64,000 nt of DNA from a virus. The position numbers and the translations under genes were made by a program. The notes under the pieces were generated by a model. That model did not search any database, was not told the origin of the DNA, and was given only the letters and a program-made list of their open reading frames with translations. The stretch is taken from the IMG/VR virus record IMGVR_UViG_3300018080_005419. One strand, given 5' to 3'. Below are positions 37,726 to 45,139 of the stretch, one piece after another (the stretch's first letter is position 1; each line of letters starts with the position of its first letter).

Positions 37726-37792
37726 AAAAAAACCATTTCGAATCCTTTTATTTTATTATATCTTTGATGTTCATTGAAATTATCATTAAATT

Positions 37793-37872
37793 TGGCGGGA
37801 TGTACGGGAATTGAACCCGCGATTCCTTAGCCTTGACAGGGCTACGTGCAGAAACCACTACACCAACATCCC
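37793..37872 (-). tRNA. trnD: tRNA-Asp(GUC)
   Basis: TAGCC-CT GTC AA-GGCTA; G73; CCA encoded. Confidence 0.92.
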
Positions 37873-37880
37873 ATATTTTT

Positions 37881-37970
37881 TGGTGAGGATGGAGAGATTT
37901 GAACTCTCATGGCCTTTTTGCGACCACCACATTCTGAGTGTGGCCCGTATACCAATTCTAGCACATCCCC
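37881..37970 (-). tRNA. trnL: tRNA-Leu(CAG)
   Basis: CCACA-CT CAG AA-TGTGG; long variable arm; CCA encoded. Confidence 0.93.
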
Positions 37971-37972
37971 AA

Positions 37973-38209
37973 TTAGACGTTCAGCAAATGTAACATTGCT
38001 GAAAACGTCTTTAATAGATCTTCTTTGCGAACATGAGGACCACGAAAAACTTTGCCCTCTGAAACAATTGAAAGACGAATAGCTTCTTCTCCATCATAAT
38101 CAACTACTTTTGTAGCTCTTAAATAAGGAGCAACTTCAATATACTCCTGATTACTTCCGTCACGATAAACCTTTGTTTCTTCAGAAATTGCATAACCTAA
38201 TAAATCCAT
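37973..38209 (-). CDS. Small hypothetical protein with an RBS-occluding hairpin
   Basis: 78-aa ORF; hairpin at 38210-38258. Confidence 0.55.
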   Translation of the reverse strand: MDLLGYAISEETKVYRDGSNQEYIEVAPYLRATKVVDYDGEEAIRLSIVSEGKVFRGPHVRKEDLLKTFSAMLHLLNV

Positions 38210-38298
38210 ATCGTTCTCCTTTGTAACCAGGACAATTCCCGGTTATGACAAGAACGATTATGCGAAGAAAAAACCTCCATAAAAACAAGAAAAATTTT

Positions 38299-38384
38299 TG
38301 GTGCGGTAGAGAGGATTCGAACCTCTATAGGATTTCTCCCACATGGCCCTCAACCATGCGCGTATCCCTTTCCGCCACTGCCGC
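38299..38384 (-). tRNA. trnL: tRNA-Leu(GAG)
   Basis: CATGG-TT GAG GG-CCATG; long variable arm; one acceptor mismatch; CCA encoded. Confidence 0.9.
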
Positions 38385-38394
38385 ACAATCAACA

Positions 38395-38727
38395 TTATAC
38401 TACCATTACAAATAATCTGGCCATTTCCCAACCTCTATCTGTAGGCTCAAATCTGGCAATAGGCGAATAATAATTTTTATTCTCTGCAAAATGAGGATCT
38501 AAATGTCCCTGATCCAAAATATCTCTGATGGTTATATTTTCATAAACAAGAATTTTTCTTCCTTCATAATTTATACATCTCGGATATCTCACAATCATAA
38601 CAAGATAAGACCCAATGTGTTCGTATTTTTCAATTTCAAAATCTCGCGGATCAGGATTTGGCAATTCTTTTTGAGTTACGCTTGGAGCATCATATGTGCT
38701 CCTTGAGCCTATTAAACAAACTCCCAT
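38395..38727 (-). CDS. Hypothetical protein
   Basis: Start reassigned to MGVCLIGS after AAGGAG; contains LPNPDP and LDPHF. Confidence 0.65.
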   Translation of the reverse strand: MGVCLIGSRSTYDAPSVTQKELPNPDPRDFEIEKYEHIGSYLVMIVRYPRCINYEGRKILVYENITIRDILDQGHLDPHFAENKNYYSPIARFEPTDRGWEMARLFVMVV

Positions 38728-38745
38728 AATTCTCTCCTTAAAAAT

Positions 38746-38831
38746 TGGTGCTCTCGACAGGATTCGAACCTGTATAGGATTTCTCCCGCCAGTTCCTAAG
38801 ACTGGTGCGTATTCCTTTCCGCCACGAGAGC
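38746..38831 (-). tRNA. trnL: tRNA-Leu(UAG)
   Basis: CCAGT-CT TAG GA-ACTGG; long variable arm; CCA encoded. Confidence 0.95.
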
Positions 38832-38838
38832 ATTTTAG

Positions 38839-38915
38839 TGGTGGGCAGGGGCGGATTTGGACCGCCGACCTCCACATTTTCAGTGTGGCACTCTACCGGA
38901 CTGAGTTACCTGCCC
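38839..38915 (-). tRNA. trnF: tRNA-Phe(GAA)
   Basis: CCACA-CT GAA AA-TGTGG; the T-loop reads TCCAAAT; CCA encoded. Confidence 0.9.
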
Positions 38916-38921
38916 TTATTT

Positions 38922-39014
38922 TGGTCTGCAGGGAGGGAGTTGAACCCCCAATGTTTACCCGAAGGGACCAGTTTTACAAACTGGCACGACACAACCGATA
39001 GTCGTCTCCTGCAG
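38922..39014 (-). tRNA. trnY: tRNA-Tyr(GUA) with C1:G72
   Basis: CCAGT-TT GTA AA-ACTGG; long variable arm; acceptor CTGCAGG/CCTGCAG, A73, CCA; 5-bp D-stem. Confidence 0.88.
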
Positions 39015-39018
39015 AAAT

Positions 39019-39095
39019 TGGTGGACCGGACAAGACTTGAACTTGCAGCCTACTCCTAGCCAAGGAGTCGCTCTCCCAATTAGAGCTACCGGCCC
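39019..39095 (-). tRNA. trnA: tRNA-Ala(GGC)
   Basis: ACTCC-TT GGC TA-GGAGT; G3:U70; CCA encoded. Confidence 0.93.
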
Positions 39096-39137
39096 AAAAT
39101 AAATACGCTAAATTGTCAAAGAGCCACATTTAAATCT

Positions 39138-39214
39138 TGGTGTACCCGACAGGAATCGAACCTGCAACATCCTCCATGCAAAAGAGGTACTCTCCCAGAT
39201 TGAGTTACGGGCAC
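39138..39214 (-). tRNA. trnA: tRNA-Ala(UGC)
   Basis: CCTCT-TT TGC AT-GGAGG; G3:U70; CCA encoded. Confidence 0.9.
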
Positions 39215-39225
39215 ATTTTATATTT

Positions 39226-39314
39226 TGGTCGGTGGAGGAGGATTTGAACCTCCGATCTCCTTGCGGCCTCTTCCTTATCAGGGAAGCGCTCTGACCAGAC
39301 TGAGCTACCCACCG
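39226..39314 (-). tRNA. trnI: tRNA-Ile(GAU) with an expanded variable arm and C1:G72
   Basis: CTTCC-CT GAT AA-GGAAG; 16-nt variable region AGGCCGCAAGGAGATC; CCA encoded. Confidence 0.87.
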
Positions 39315-39336
39315 ATTATCGCTCCTTAATTCCAAC

Positions 39337-39364
39337 AAAAAAAGCCAACCGTTTTTCGGCTGGC
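39337..39364 (-). terminator. Attenuator terminator upstream of the tRNA array
   Basis: GCCAGCCG-AAAAA-CGGTTGGC followed by T7. Confidence 0.9.
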
Positions 39365-39393
39365 GTTCGAGGGTTTTCTGTTTTTGCGTTTCT

Positions 39394-39489
39394 TTAGTTT
39401 ACAGAACCTCCTCGTTCGCCAGCTAGCCACAGGGCTGCTGCCATAATATCGGCAAAGGGCAAATAAAGTCGGTTCTCTTTATGATTCAC
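39394..39489 (-). CDS. 31-aa attenuator leader peptide MNHKENRLYLPFADIMAAALWLAGERGGSVN
   Basis: GTG start after GGAG; the 3' third overlaps the antiterminator 5' strand; codons 8-23 match the downstream tRNAs. Confidence 0.8.
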   Translation of the reverse strand: MNHKENRLYLPFADIMAAALWLAGERGGSVN

Positions 39490-39521
39490 GGTTCTTTCTC
39501 CAAATAAAAGTATCAAAGCTA

Positions 39522-39550
39522 TTTCTACCACTTATAGACAACAAAGTCAA
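39522..39550 (-). promoter_or_regulatory. sigma70-type promoter of the tRNA-array leader
   Basis: TTGACT-N17-TAGAAA with an upstream TG; shares TTGACTTTGTT with the Thr-leader promoter. Confidence 0.6.
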
Positions 39551-39558
39551 GGAAAATT

Positions 39559-39747
39559 TTAAATATTTTCTCTTTTTTCTCTATAAAATATTTCACCGCA
39601 GTCATAACACCATACAATATCAATGTATTTCCAAAGCAAAAAACCCTTAAATTTAAACCCAACTCCATGATAACAAGGTTTATGCAACTTACATATACAA
39701 TGGGCCCAACATTTAATATAAGCTAAAAATCTTCTAACCGATATCAT
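39559..39747 (-). CDS. Small hypothetical protein
   Basis: 62-aa ORF with CYDCG. Confidence 0.45.
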   Translation of the reverse strand: MISVRRFLAYIKCWAHCICKLHKPCYHGVGFKFKGFLLWKYIDIVWCYDCGEIFYREKRENI

Positions 39748-40229
39748 TCTTCTTTACCCAATTTATTTCTATCCTCTTCTAATACATATTTATCTATTTG
39801 CGTATTTCCCCAGACTTTTACTTGATCAATAATTGCAGTTTTATCGTCAGTATTCATTTTCTTAATTGTCTTAAAGTCTATCTCTCCAAAATCACCCCTC
39901 ATAATCCAAGAGACATTTTTACCGTCTTCTGAAAAACCATAAATAATTGGCTCAGTTGCTTTTATTGGCTTATTAGATGACCATACTGCCTCTTTAGCAA
40001 TTACTACAAATTCTATAGTGCCCTGAGGAGTAAAACTTTGAATTGCTATACCCTTCATATTCGTCTCAATTGGCTTCGGGGGCGATTCTTTTTTCTTTTT
40101 TGTATCTGGTTCTTCTGCTTTTATTTTTTCGCAAATAAAATCATAATTGGTAAATCCTATAATGACAGCAACAATAAAAATAAATCCTAGAGTAACCGAT
40201 CTAAAGGTAAATAGTTCATACCATTTCAT
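39744..40229 (-). CDS. Membrane-anchored protein, LptC-like beta-jellyroll candidate
   Basis: Single N-terminal TM helix followed by a beta-rich pattern (IAKEA...EPIIYGF...WIMRGDFG). Confidence 0.35.
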   Translation of the reverse strand: MKWYELFTFRSVTLGFIFIVAVIIGFTNYDFICEKIKAEEPDTKKKKESPPKPIETNMKGIAIQSFTPQGTIEFVVIAKEAVWSSNKPIKATEPIIYGFSEDGKNVSWIMRGDFGEIDFKTIKKMNTDDKTAIIDQVKVWGNTQIDKYVLEEDRNKLGKEE

Positions 40230-40267
40230 TGTTTTTTCCTTTTTGTTAATTTTGCTTGTTCAGCATA

Positions 40268-41074
40268 TCATTTCCCATTTAAAGCCAAAGATAACTGTAA
40301 ATACTCAGCCGTTAATCTTGCAATAGGAGTATAAACTATTTCTGTGGGCGTTCCTTCATATTTTATTAACGGATCTCTTCTCCAAATCCAAGCAGTAGGT
40401 TTTGCAAAATTTAAAGGTACAACTTTTTTGCATTTTGTCCTTTTAATGTTTTCGAGTTTATTCATTGCAGGATATTTATCTATTTTGCAATGCTTTTTTC
40501 CGATGTATGAAAAATATGCGTTATGCTCATACATCCATCTCATCGACCAAGAAGGTTTAGATCCTTTAGCCAAATATGCAGTGAACATAGTATTAATATG
40601 TTGTCTCAGAGAAGAAATATATTTAACAGCAAATCCAAATGCCCAACCTAATTTTGTTAAATATAAAGCTGATTCCCATTTCTTTTTTAAATAATCTGGA
40701 ACTTTTAATTTAGAACCATTATCGATAGCAAATTTTAAACCGAGAGGGCCAGCGCTAGATTGAGGTTTTTCTATATACCACAATCCCTTAATATTGACGG
40801 ACTCTTTCCATTCATCATCTACTTTAATGGGAGCAAATGTTCTGGCGTCTCTTCCTACATCGATAATTGTTTGTACATATCTTTCTGCAAGTTCGGCTAA
40901 TTCTATATCTCCTATCTTATAACAGGAAGCAATAAGAGGGGTATTCCAGGCCATTCCATCTATATATTCGTTGTATTTATAAGGCTTTAGACAATAGAAA
41001 TAGCCATTATCTCGATTATAAGCATCCAATACTTCTTGTCTGACTGTTTTTAACTGATCTGATATTTCTAACAC
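40268..41074 (-). CDS. Hypothetical protein
   Basis: 268-aa ORF; no recognised motif. Confidence 0.6.
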   Translation of the reverse strand: MLEISDQLKTVRQEVLDAYNRDNGYFYCLKPYKYNEYIDGMAWNTPLIASCYKIGDIELAELAERYVQTIIDVGRDARTFAPIKVDDEWKESVNIKGLWYIEKPQSSAGPLGLKFAIDNGSKLKVPDYLKKKWESALYLTKLGWAFGFAVKYISSLRQHINTMFTAYLAKGSKPSWSMRWMYEHNAYFSYIGKKHCKIDKYPAMNKLENIKRTKCKKVVPLNFAKPTAWIWRRDPLIKYEGTPTEIVYTPIARLTAEYLQLSLALNGK

Positions 41075-41094
41075 TTACTCTCCTCTAAAAACAA

Positions 41095-41149
41095 ACCTAT
41101 CCTTTGCAGTTCTCTACTATCCATTGGTTTCTTTTCATCTTCAGTCCTT
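41095..41149 (-). repeat. Pentamer-periodic array D, (NN-GNA)n
   Basis: AAGGA CTGAA GATGA AAAGA AACCA ATGGA TAGTA GAGAA CTGCA AAGGA TAGGT; TATAAT at 41168-41163 just upstream. Confidence 0.65.
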
Positions 41150-41196
41150 TAATACAAATTCTATTATATCTGTATGAATTGACAAAACGAAAAAAA

Positions 41197-41604
41197 TTAA
41201 TGACTTTGTGGAATCAATTGTATTTGCTGCTCTCTCTGTATAGCTCTCGTTTTGATTCCTTTGTCAAGATTTTCGTCAAGACGTTTCTGGTGTTCTTTTC
41301 GGAGGGCATCAATTGGGAAGGGATTGATTACCTTTTCTTCTTTTTCTAATGCTTTAAGTTTGACTTTCGTTGCTTCTAATTCTGCTTTAAGGTCTGCAAT
41401 TTCTTTATTATAATTTTCTCTCATGCTGCCAAAACTATCAACAAGAGTTTCTGTAGCTTTTCTCATTCCCTTCATTTCGTTTCTAACATCGGTTCCTAAA
41501 TCCCACAGTAATTGGCAAAGCAGGACAACAGAACCAACAGCCAAAGAAACAACAAACGGCTTAACGAACCAATCCAATATTGATTTATCCTTCTTCTCTG
41601 TCAT
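41197..41604 (-). CDS. Membrane-anchored coiled-coil protein
   Basis: N-terminal TM segment, then heptad-like helices. Confidence 0.55.
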   Translation of the reverse strand: MTEKKDKSILDWFVKPFVVSLAVGSVVLLCQLLWDLGTDVRNEMKGMRKATETLVDSFGSMRENYNKEIADLKAELEATKVKLKALEKEEKVINPFPIDALRKEHQKRLDENLDKGIKTRAIQREQQIQLIPQSH

Positions 41605-41866
41605 TTTCTTCTTCCTCTATTTCTGGCATATTCTTTATTCTCTGTTCTGCTTGATCTAGTAATGCCAATCTGCTAGCTAAAACCAATCTAATTTTTTTCG
41701 CTCTTTCCATATTCTTATTAACCATATCGCAAACGCATGCAGGAATTCCATCTTCCAATTGCACCTTTACATTTTTCTCTAAATCTTTTAATTCCTGAAT
41801 ATCCCCTTCTATAGCATCTTGGAGCTTTTTAATAGCATCTAAAACTTTTTCTTTAGGAACAGACAT
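41585..41866 (-). CDS. Hypothetical coiled-coil protein
   Basis: 93-aa ORF. Confidence 0.5.
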   Translation of the reverse strand: MSVPKEKVLDAIKKLQDAIEGDIQELKDLEKNVKVQLEDGIPACVCDMVNKNMERAKKIRLVLASRLALLDQAEQRIKNMPEIEEEENDREEG

Positions 41867-41877
41867 TATAAACTTCT

Positions 41878-42633
41878 TTATTTTAATGCCGACTTATTAA
41901 AAACATAAATAGAAGGAGGCTCGTTTTTTCCTTCATCTAATTTTACAGCTTTTAATTTTTTAGTTTTTGCTTCTGATATTGCTTCATCTATTGCATCTGG
42001 ATCGCCTGCATAAGGAAGATCATCAGCAATATATACATCTTCTAATTTTATACGCCTTACCTTCACTTCTTCAATCCTTCCAGTTTGTGTAAATTGAGCA
42101 GCCCATTCTTTATCTGTTGACCAATAGTTCCCATCTTTATTCCCTGTATATTCTCCTCTATATATTTCTATTTCTTTTGCTATTTTTACTCTCTTTTTGG
42201 TATAATCTGCTAAAAACTGAAGAGCTATATTGTCTGAAGCAAATTTTATTTCTTCTACTAGTTTTATTGATTTTGGATTATATATTACAACTCCTCCAAA
42301 ACTACCCTCGTCTCTTAGCCCGTCAATCTTATTTTTACGCATAATTTGATCAAAATCGTCTCTATGCATTAACCTCTCAAACTTATTATCTCTCCAAAGT
42401 GCAAAGTCTTCTGGTTTATCTAAATCTAAAATTCTAGCATTTGGATCTAATTTAAATTTGAGAACGACACCTTCATCTTCGGCAAAATCAGCATAGTTGC
42501 TTTGAGCCAATTCAGGATTTGTTGCTGTATAGAATCCTTTGCCAAAATACCCCTTGGTGCTTTTATCTATATCTACGCCTTTTTGTACAATATCTTTGGC
42601 GCTTTGTATGTCTGTGCCGTGATATAAATACAT
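41878..42633 (-). CDS. ADP-ribosyltransferase-fold protein (two ART-like domains)
   Basis: YLYHGT...FGKGFYTA (PARP-like) and a second domain IYRGE...YWSTDKEWAAQF. Confidence 0.6.
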   Translation of the reverse strand: MYLYHGTDIQSAKDIVQKGVDIDKSTKGYFGKGFYTATNPELAQSNYADFAEDEGVVLKFKLDPNARILDLDKPEDFALWRDNKFERLMHRDDFDQIMRKNKIDGLRDEGSFGGVVIYNPKSIKLVEEIKFASDNIALQFLADYTKKRVKIAKEIEIYRGEYTGNKDGNYWSTDKEWAAQFTQTGRIEEVKVRRIKLEDVYIADDLPYAGDPDAIDEAISEAKTKKLKAVKLDEGKNEPPSIYVFNKSALK

Positions 42634-42704
42634 ATTATTCTAACTCCTTTTATATATAAGAAGTTTTATTCAAATTTAATGGAAAGTGTTTAAGAGATGG
42701 GGAA

Positions 42705-43835
42705 CTACAACGAAACTTTTGCCTTTTTTACTGCTAAAGGCAATCTTCTTATTAATTCTTCAACTTCTCTATAATCCGAATATTTAGATAGACTTATACG
42801 AATAGTGCTATGTGCATCTAATGTGCTTAATCCGATTTCACTTAAAACATGACTTGCTACTGTTTGTCCTTCATTGCAAGCAGAACCAGAAGAACAACAA
42901 ATGCCGTATTTATTTAATTCATTTACAAGCATTTTTGATTCTGTTTCTGGGAATGTTATATTTAAAATTCCTGGAACTGTTTCTTCTATTTGGGAACCAT
43001 TTCTTTTTGCTCCTAAATTCATACTCTCAATCTTTTCCCACAATAGCATTTCCAATCTTTTTACAGTAATAAAATTATCAGGATTAATTAGTCTAGCTGC
43101 TTCACCCAATCCTGCAATACCCGGAACATTATGAGTACCTGCTCTTAAAGAATTTTCTTGATGACCACCTGACATAAATGGGAATAAATCAAAACCATCC
43201 CTAACATATAATGCTCCAATACCTTTAGGTCCATGAAATTTATGCGCCGAAAGAGATAACATATCAACACCAGAATTTACTGCATCTACATATATTTTAC
43301 CAACAGCTTGAACTGCATCTGTATGAAAGGCTATATTATATTTTTTACAAATTTGAACTATTTCATATATTGGTTGGATTGTCCCTATTTCATTATTAGC
43401 ATACATAATAGAAACTAAAGATGGTTTATATGTTTCTATTTGTTTTTCTAAAAAATCAAGATTTACATTGCCGTATTTGTTTATTGGAACATATTCGTAC
43501 TTTACACCAAATGTTTTCTTGAAATTTTGCAAAGTTTCTAAAATGGCATGATGTTCAATTGGAGATGTTATAACCACTTTTCTTTCTGATTGCGCTAACT
43601 GAGAATAAATAGCCCAATTGTTACTTTCTGTACCACCAGAGGTAAATATTATATTTTCTGGTTTGCACATTAACAATTTAGCAACATGAGATCTGGCTTC
43701 TTCAACTAGATCTTTTGCTTGTTTGCCAATTTCATGAGACGAAGAAGGATTGCCGTATAACTCAAATGCTTCGTTGATTTTTTTGACAACTTCTTCAGAT
43801 GGTTTGGTTGTAGCTGCATTATCGAAATATATCAT
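42705..43835 (-). CDS. iscS: Cysteine desulfurase (IscS/NifS)
   Basis: YFDNAATT, FTSGGTESNN, HTDAVQA, SAHKFHGPKG (PLP lysine) and SSGSAC (catalytic Cys). Confidence 0.95.
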   Translation of the reverse strand: MIYFDNAATTKPSEEVVKKINEAFELYGNPSSSHEIGKQAKDLVEEARSHVAKLLMCKPENIIFTSGGTESNNWAIYSQLAQSERKVVITSPIEHHAILETLQNFKKTFGVKYEYVPINKYGNVNLDFLEKQIETYKPSLVSIMYANNEIGTIQPIYEIVQICKKYNIAFHTDAVQAVGKIYVDAVNSGVDMLSLSAHKFHGPKGIGALYVRDGFDLFPFMSGGHQENSLRAGTHNVPGIAGLGEAARLINPDNFITVKRLEMLLWEKIESMNLGAKRNGSQIEETVPGILNITFPETESKMLVNELNKYGICCSSGSACNEGQTVASHVLSEIGLSTLDAHSTIRISLSKYSDYREVEELIRRLPLAVKKAKVSL

Positions 43836-44095
43836 TTATCTTTATCTTTTTTATTTTGTTCTTTTTCTGCTTGTTCTACTGCGCTTCTCAAGAAAATTGT
43901 AGTTTCACTAGATCCGGTTTTAAAACCACAATCAACTGTTAACCCATCTTTACTTATGCCTTTATGATTCGAACAGTGCTTGCAAAAACTCATAGAAACA
44001 CAGCCATGACCACAACTTGCACCAATTAAAGGGCAAATAACTTTAATTTCTGCTTTATTGCAGCAGTCTCGACAAAAGGACGATGAACTATCCAT
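43832..44095 (-). CDS. Small Cys-rich protein
   Basis: Multiple CxxC motifs. Confidence 0.45.
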   Translation of the reverse strand: MDSSSSFCRDCCNKAEIKVICPLIGASCGHGCVSMSFCKHCSNHKGISKDGLTVDCGFKTGSSETTIFLRSAVEQAEKEQNKKDKDK

Positions 44096-44128
44096 GACTT
44101 TCTCCGTAGCATAGTCAATTCAACATTT

Positions 44129-44320
44129 TTATATTTGTTCATCGTTGTTTTCTTCTTTTTTAAAATATATCATTCCGCAATCTTGGCAAAACTTCCAAGA
44201 AAACTTATGATCATCCATACAAAACTCATGGATGTCTAAAATAGAACTATCTTCTTTTTGTGACTTGCTGCTTTCCTTTTCTTTAGGAAGCCTATCACAA
44301 ACACAATTTTCGTTTTCCAC
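44129..44320 (-). CDS. Small hypothetical protein
   Basis: 63-aa ORF with CQDCG. Confidence 0.4.
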   Translation of the reverse strand: MENENCVCDRLPKEKESSKSQKEDSSILDIHEFCMDDHKFSWKFCQDCGMIYFKKEENNDEQI

Positions 44321-44342
44321 TTATTATATCTTAACCTCTGCT

Positions 44343-44666
44343 TTATAAAATTGCCAATAAAAGTGCTGATGCTATTTTAATCGCTGTTTCCCTTGCTGTT
44401 TTATCTCTTTGATATTGATTGTCTACTGATTGTCTTGCTTCTTCTAATACTTGTGAAGATAACACATCTCTTTCATCCTCTGTCATTTTACTCCACATCT
44501 TTTGATCCAATTCTACCCATTTTCCCTCTACTGAATACGATAAAAAATCTTCATATGCCGTTTTTCCTTCGCGTATAATGACAGGAAGAAACGGTTTAAT
44601 TGTTAAAAGTAGCATTTGAATTTGAGGATGAGATTCAAGAGCACCAATAATCGTATCAATATTCAT
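44343..44666 (-). CDS. Hypothetical protein
   Basis: 107-aa ORF with a hydrophobic C-terminus. Confidence 0.5.
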   Translation of the reverse strand: MNIDTIIGALESHPQIQMLLLTIKPFLPVIIREGKTAYEDFLSYSVEGKWVELDQKMWSKMTEDERDVLSSQVLEEARQSVDNQYQRDKTARETAIKIASALLLAIL

Positions 44667-44679
44667 TTCTTATATCCTC

Positions 44680-44967
44680 TTATCTTGTGGCCTTCTTTCC
44701 TTGTGTATAATTATCTAAATTTTCTAAATGTGGTTTAATTCTATTTAGCGTTCTTTTTGCTTTTTCGATCACTTCTTTTCTTCTATTTGTTAGCGTTTTA
44801 GATTTGTCTTTCTCTATTTGTTCTATTTCCATAAGACAAGTAGTGACATCAACTTTTATTAAGGATGTTTCTCTTTTAATTGCTCCTGGGATAAACCAAT
44901 GACATCCACTAAATGTTACTACAGAAAGTGTCAATAAAATTATTATTAGAATTTTGTTTTTCATCAA
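44680..44967 (-). CDS. Lipoprotein
   Basis: Lipobox FSGC after a hydrophobic stretch. Confidence 0.55.
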   Translation of the reverse strand: MMKNKILIIILLTLSVVTFSGCHWFIPGAIKRETSLIKVDVTTCLMEIEQIEKDKSKTLTNRRKEVIEKAKRTLNRIKPHLENLDNYTQGKKATR

Positions 44968-45013
44968 TTCTTCCTTTTAGCGTCTTCGCTTTCTCATCTT
45001 GTTAAAACCCGAA

Positions 45014-45099
45014 TGGAGGAAGCAGTAGGACTTGAACCTTACATCTCAGCAAAGAGTTTTAGTCTCTTCCCTGTATTTTCCCAATTAAACTATACTTCC
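45014..45099 (-). tRNA. Atypical tRNA-like gene with a 10-bp anticodon stem, identity unassigned
   Basis: Acceptor GGAAGTA/TGCTTCC, U73-CCA, D-arm and T-loop TTCAAGT; anticodon arm CAGGGAAGAG-ACTAAAA-CTCTTTGCTG lacks U33. Confidence 0.6.
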
Positions 45100-45139
45100 T
45101 CCCTTTATATATAAGAAGAAGTATTAAAATTATTTCACT

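Noticed and set aside
38696-39338. ORF-track ORFs across the tRNA array, and N-terminal extensions of ORFs at 34736, 37664, 38877, 47801, 48578 and 50850
   Set aside because: They are translations of tRNA genes. True starts were reassigned downstream where RBSs and family motifs begin.
42190-42250. Linker ALQFLADYTKKRVKIA as a possible virion-packaging tag
   Set aside because: Only one copy in this window, so a shared targeting motif cannot be supported from this sequence.
45040-45075. Amber-suppressor (CUA) reading of the 45 kb tRNA-like gene
   Set aside because: The loop ACTAAAA does not place CTA at 34-36, lacks U33, and sits on an over-long stem.
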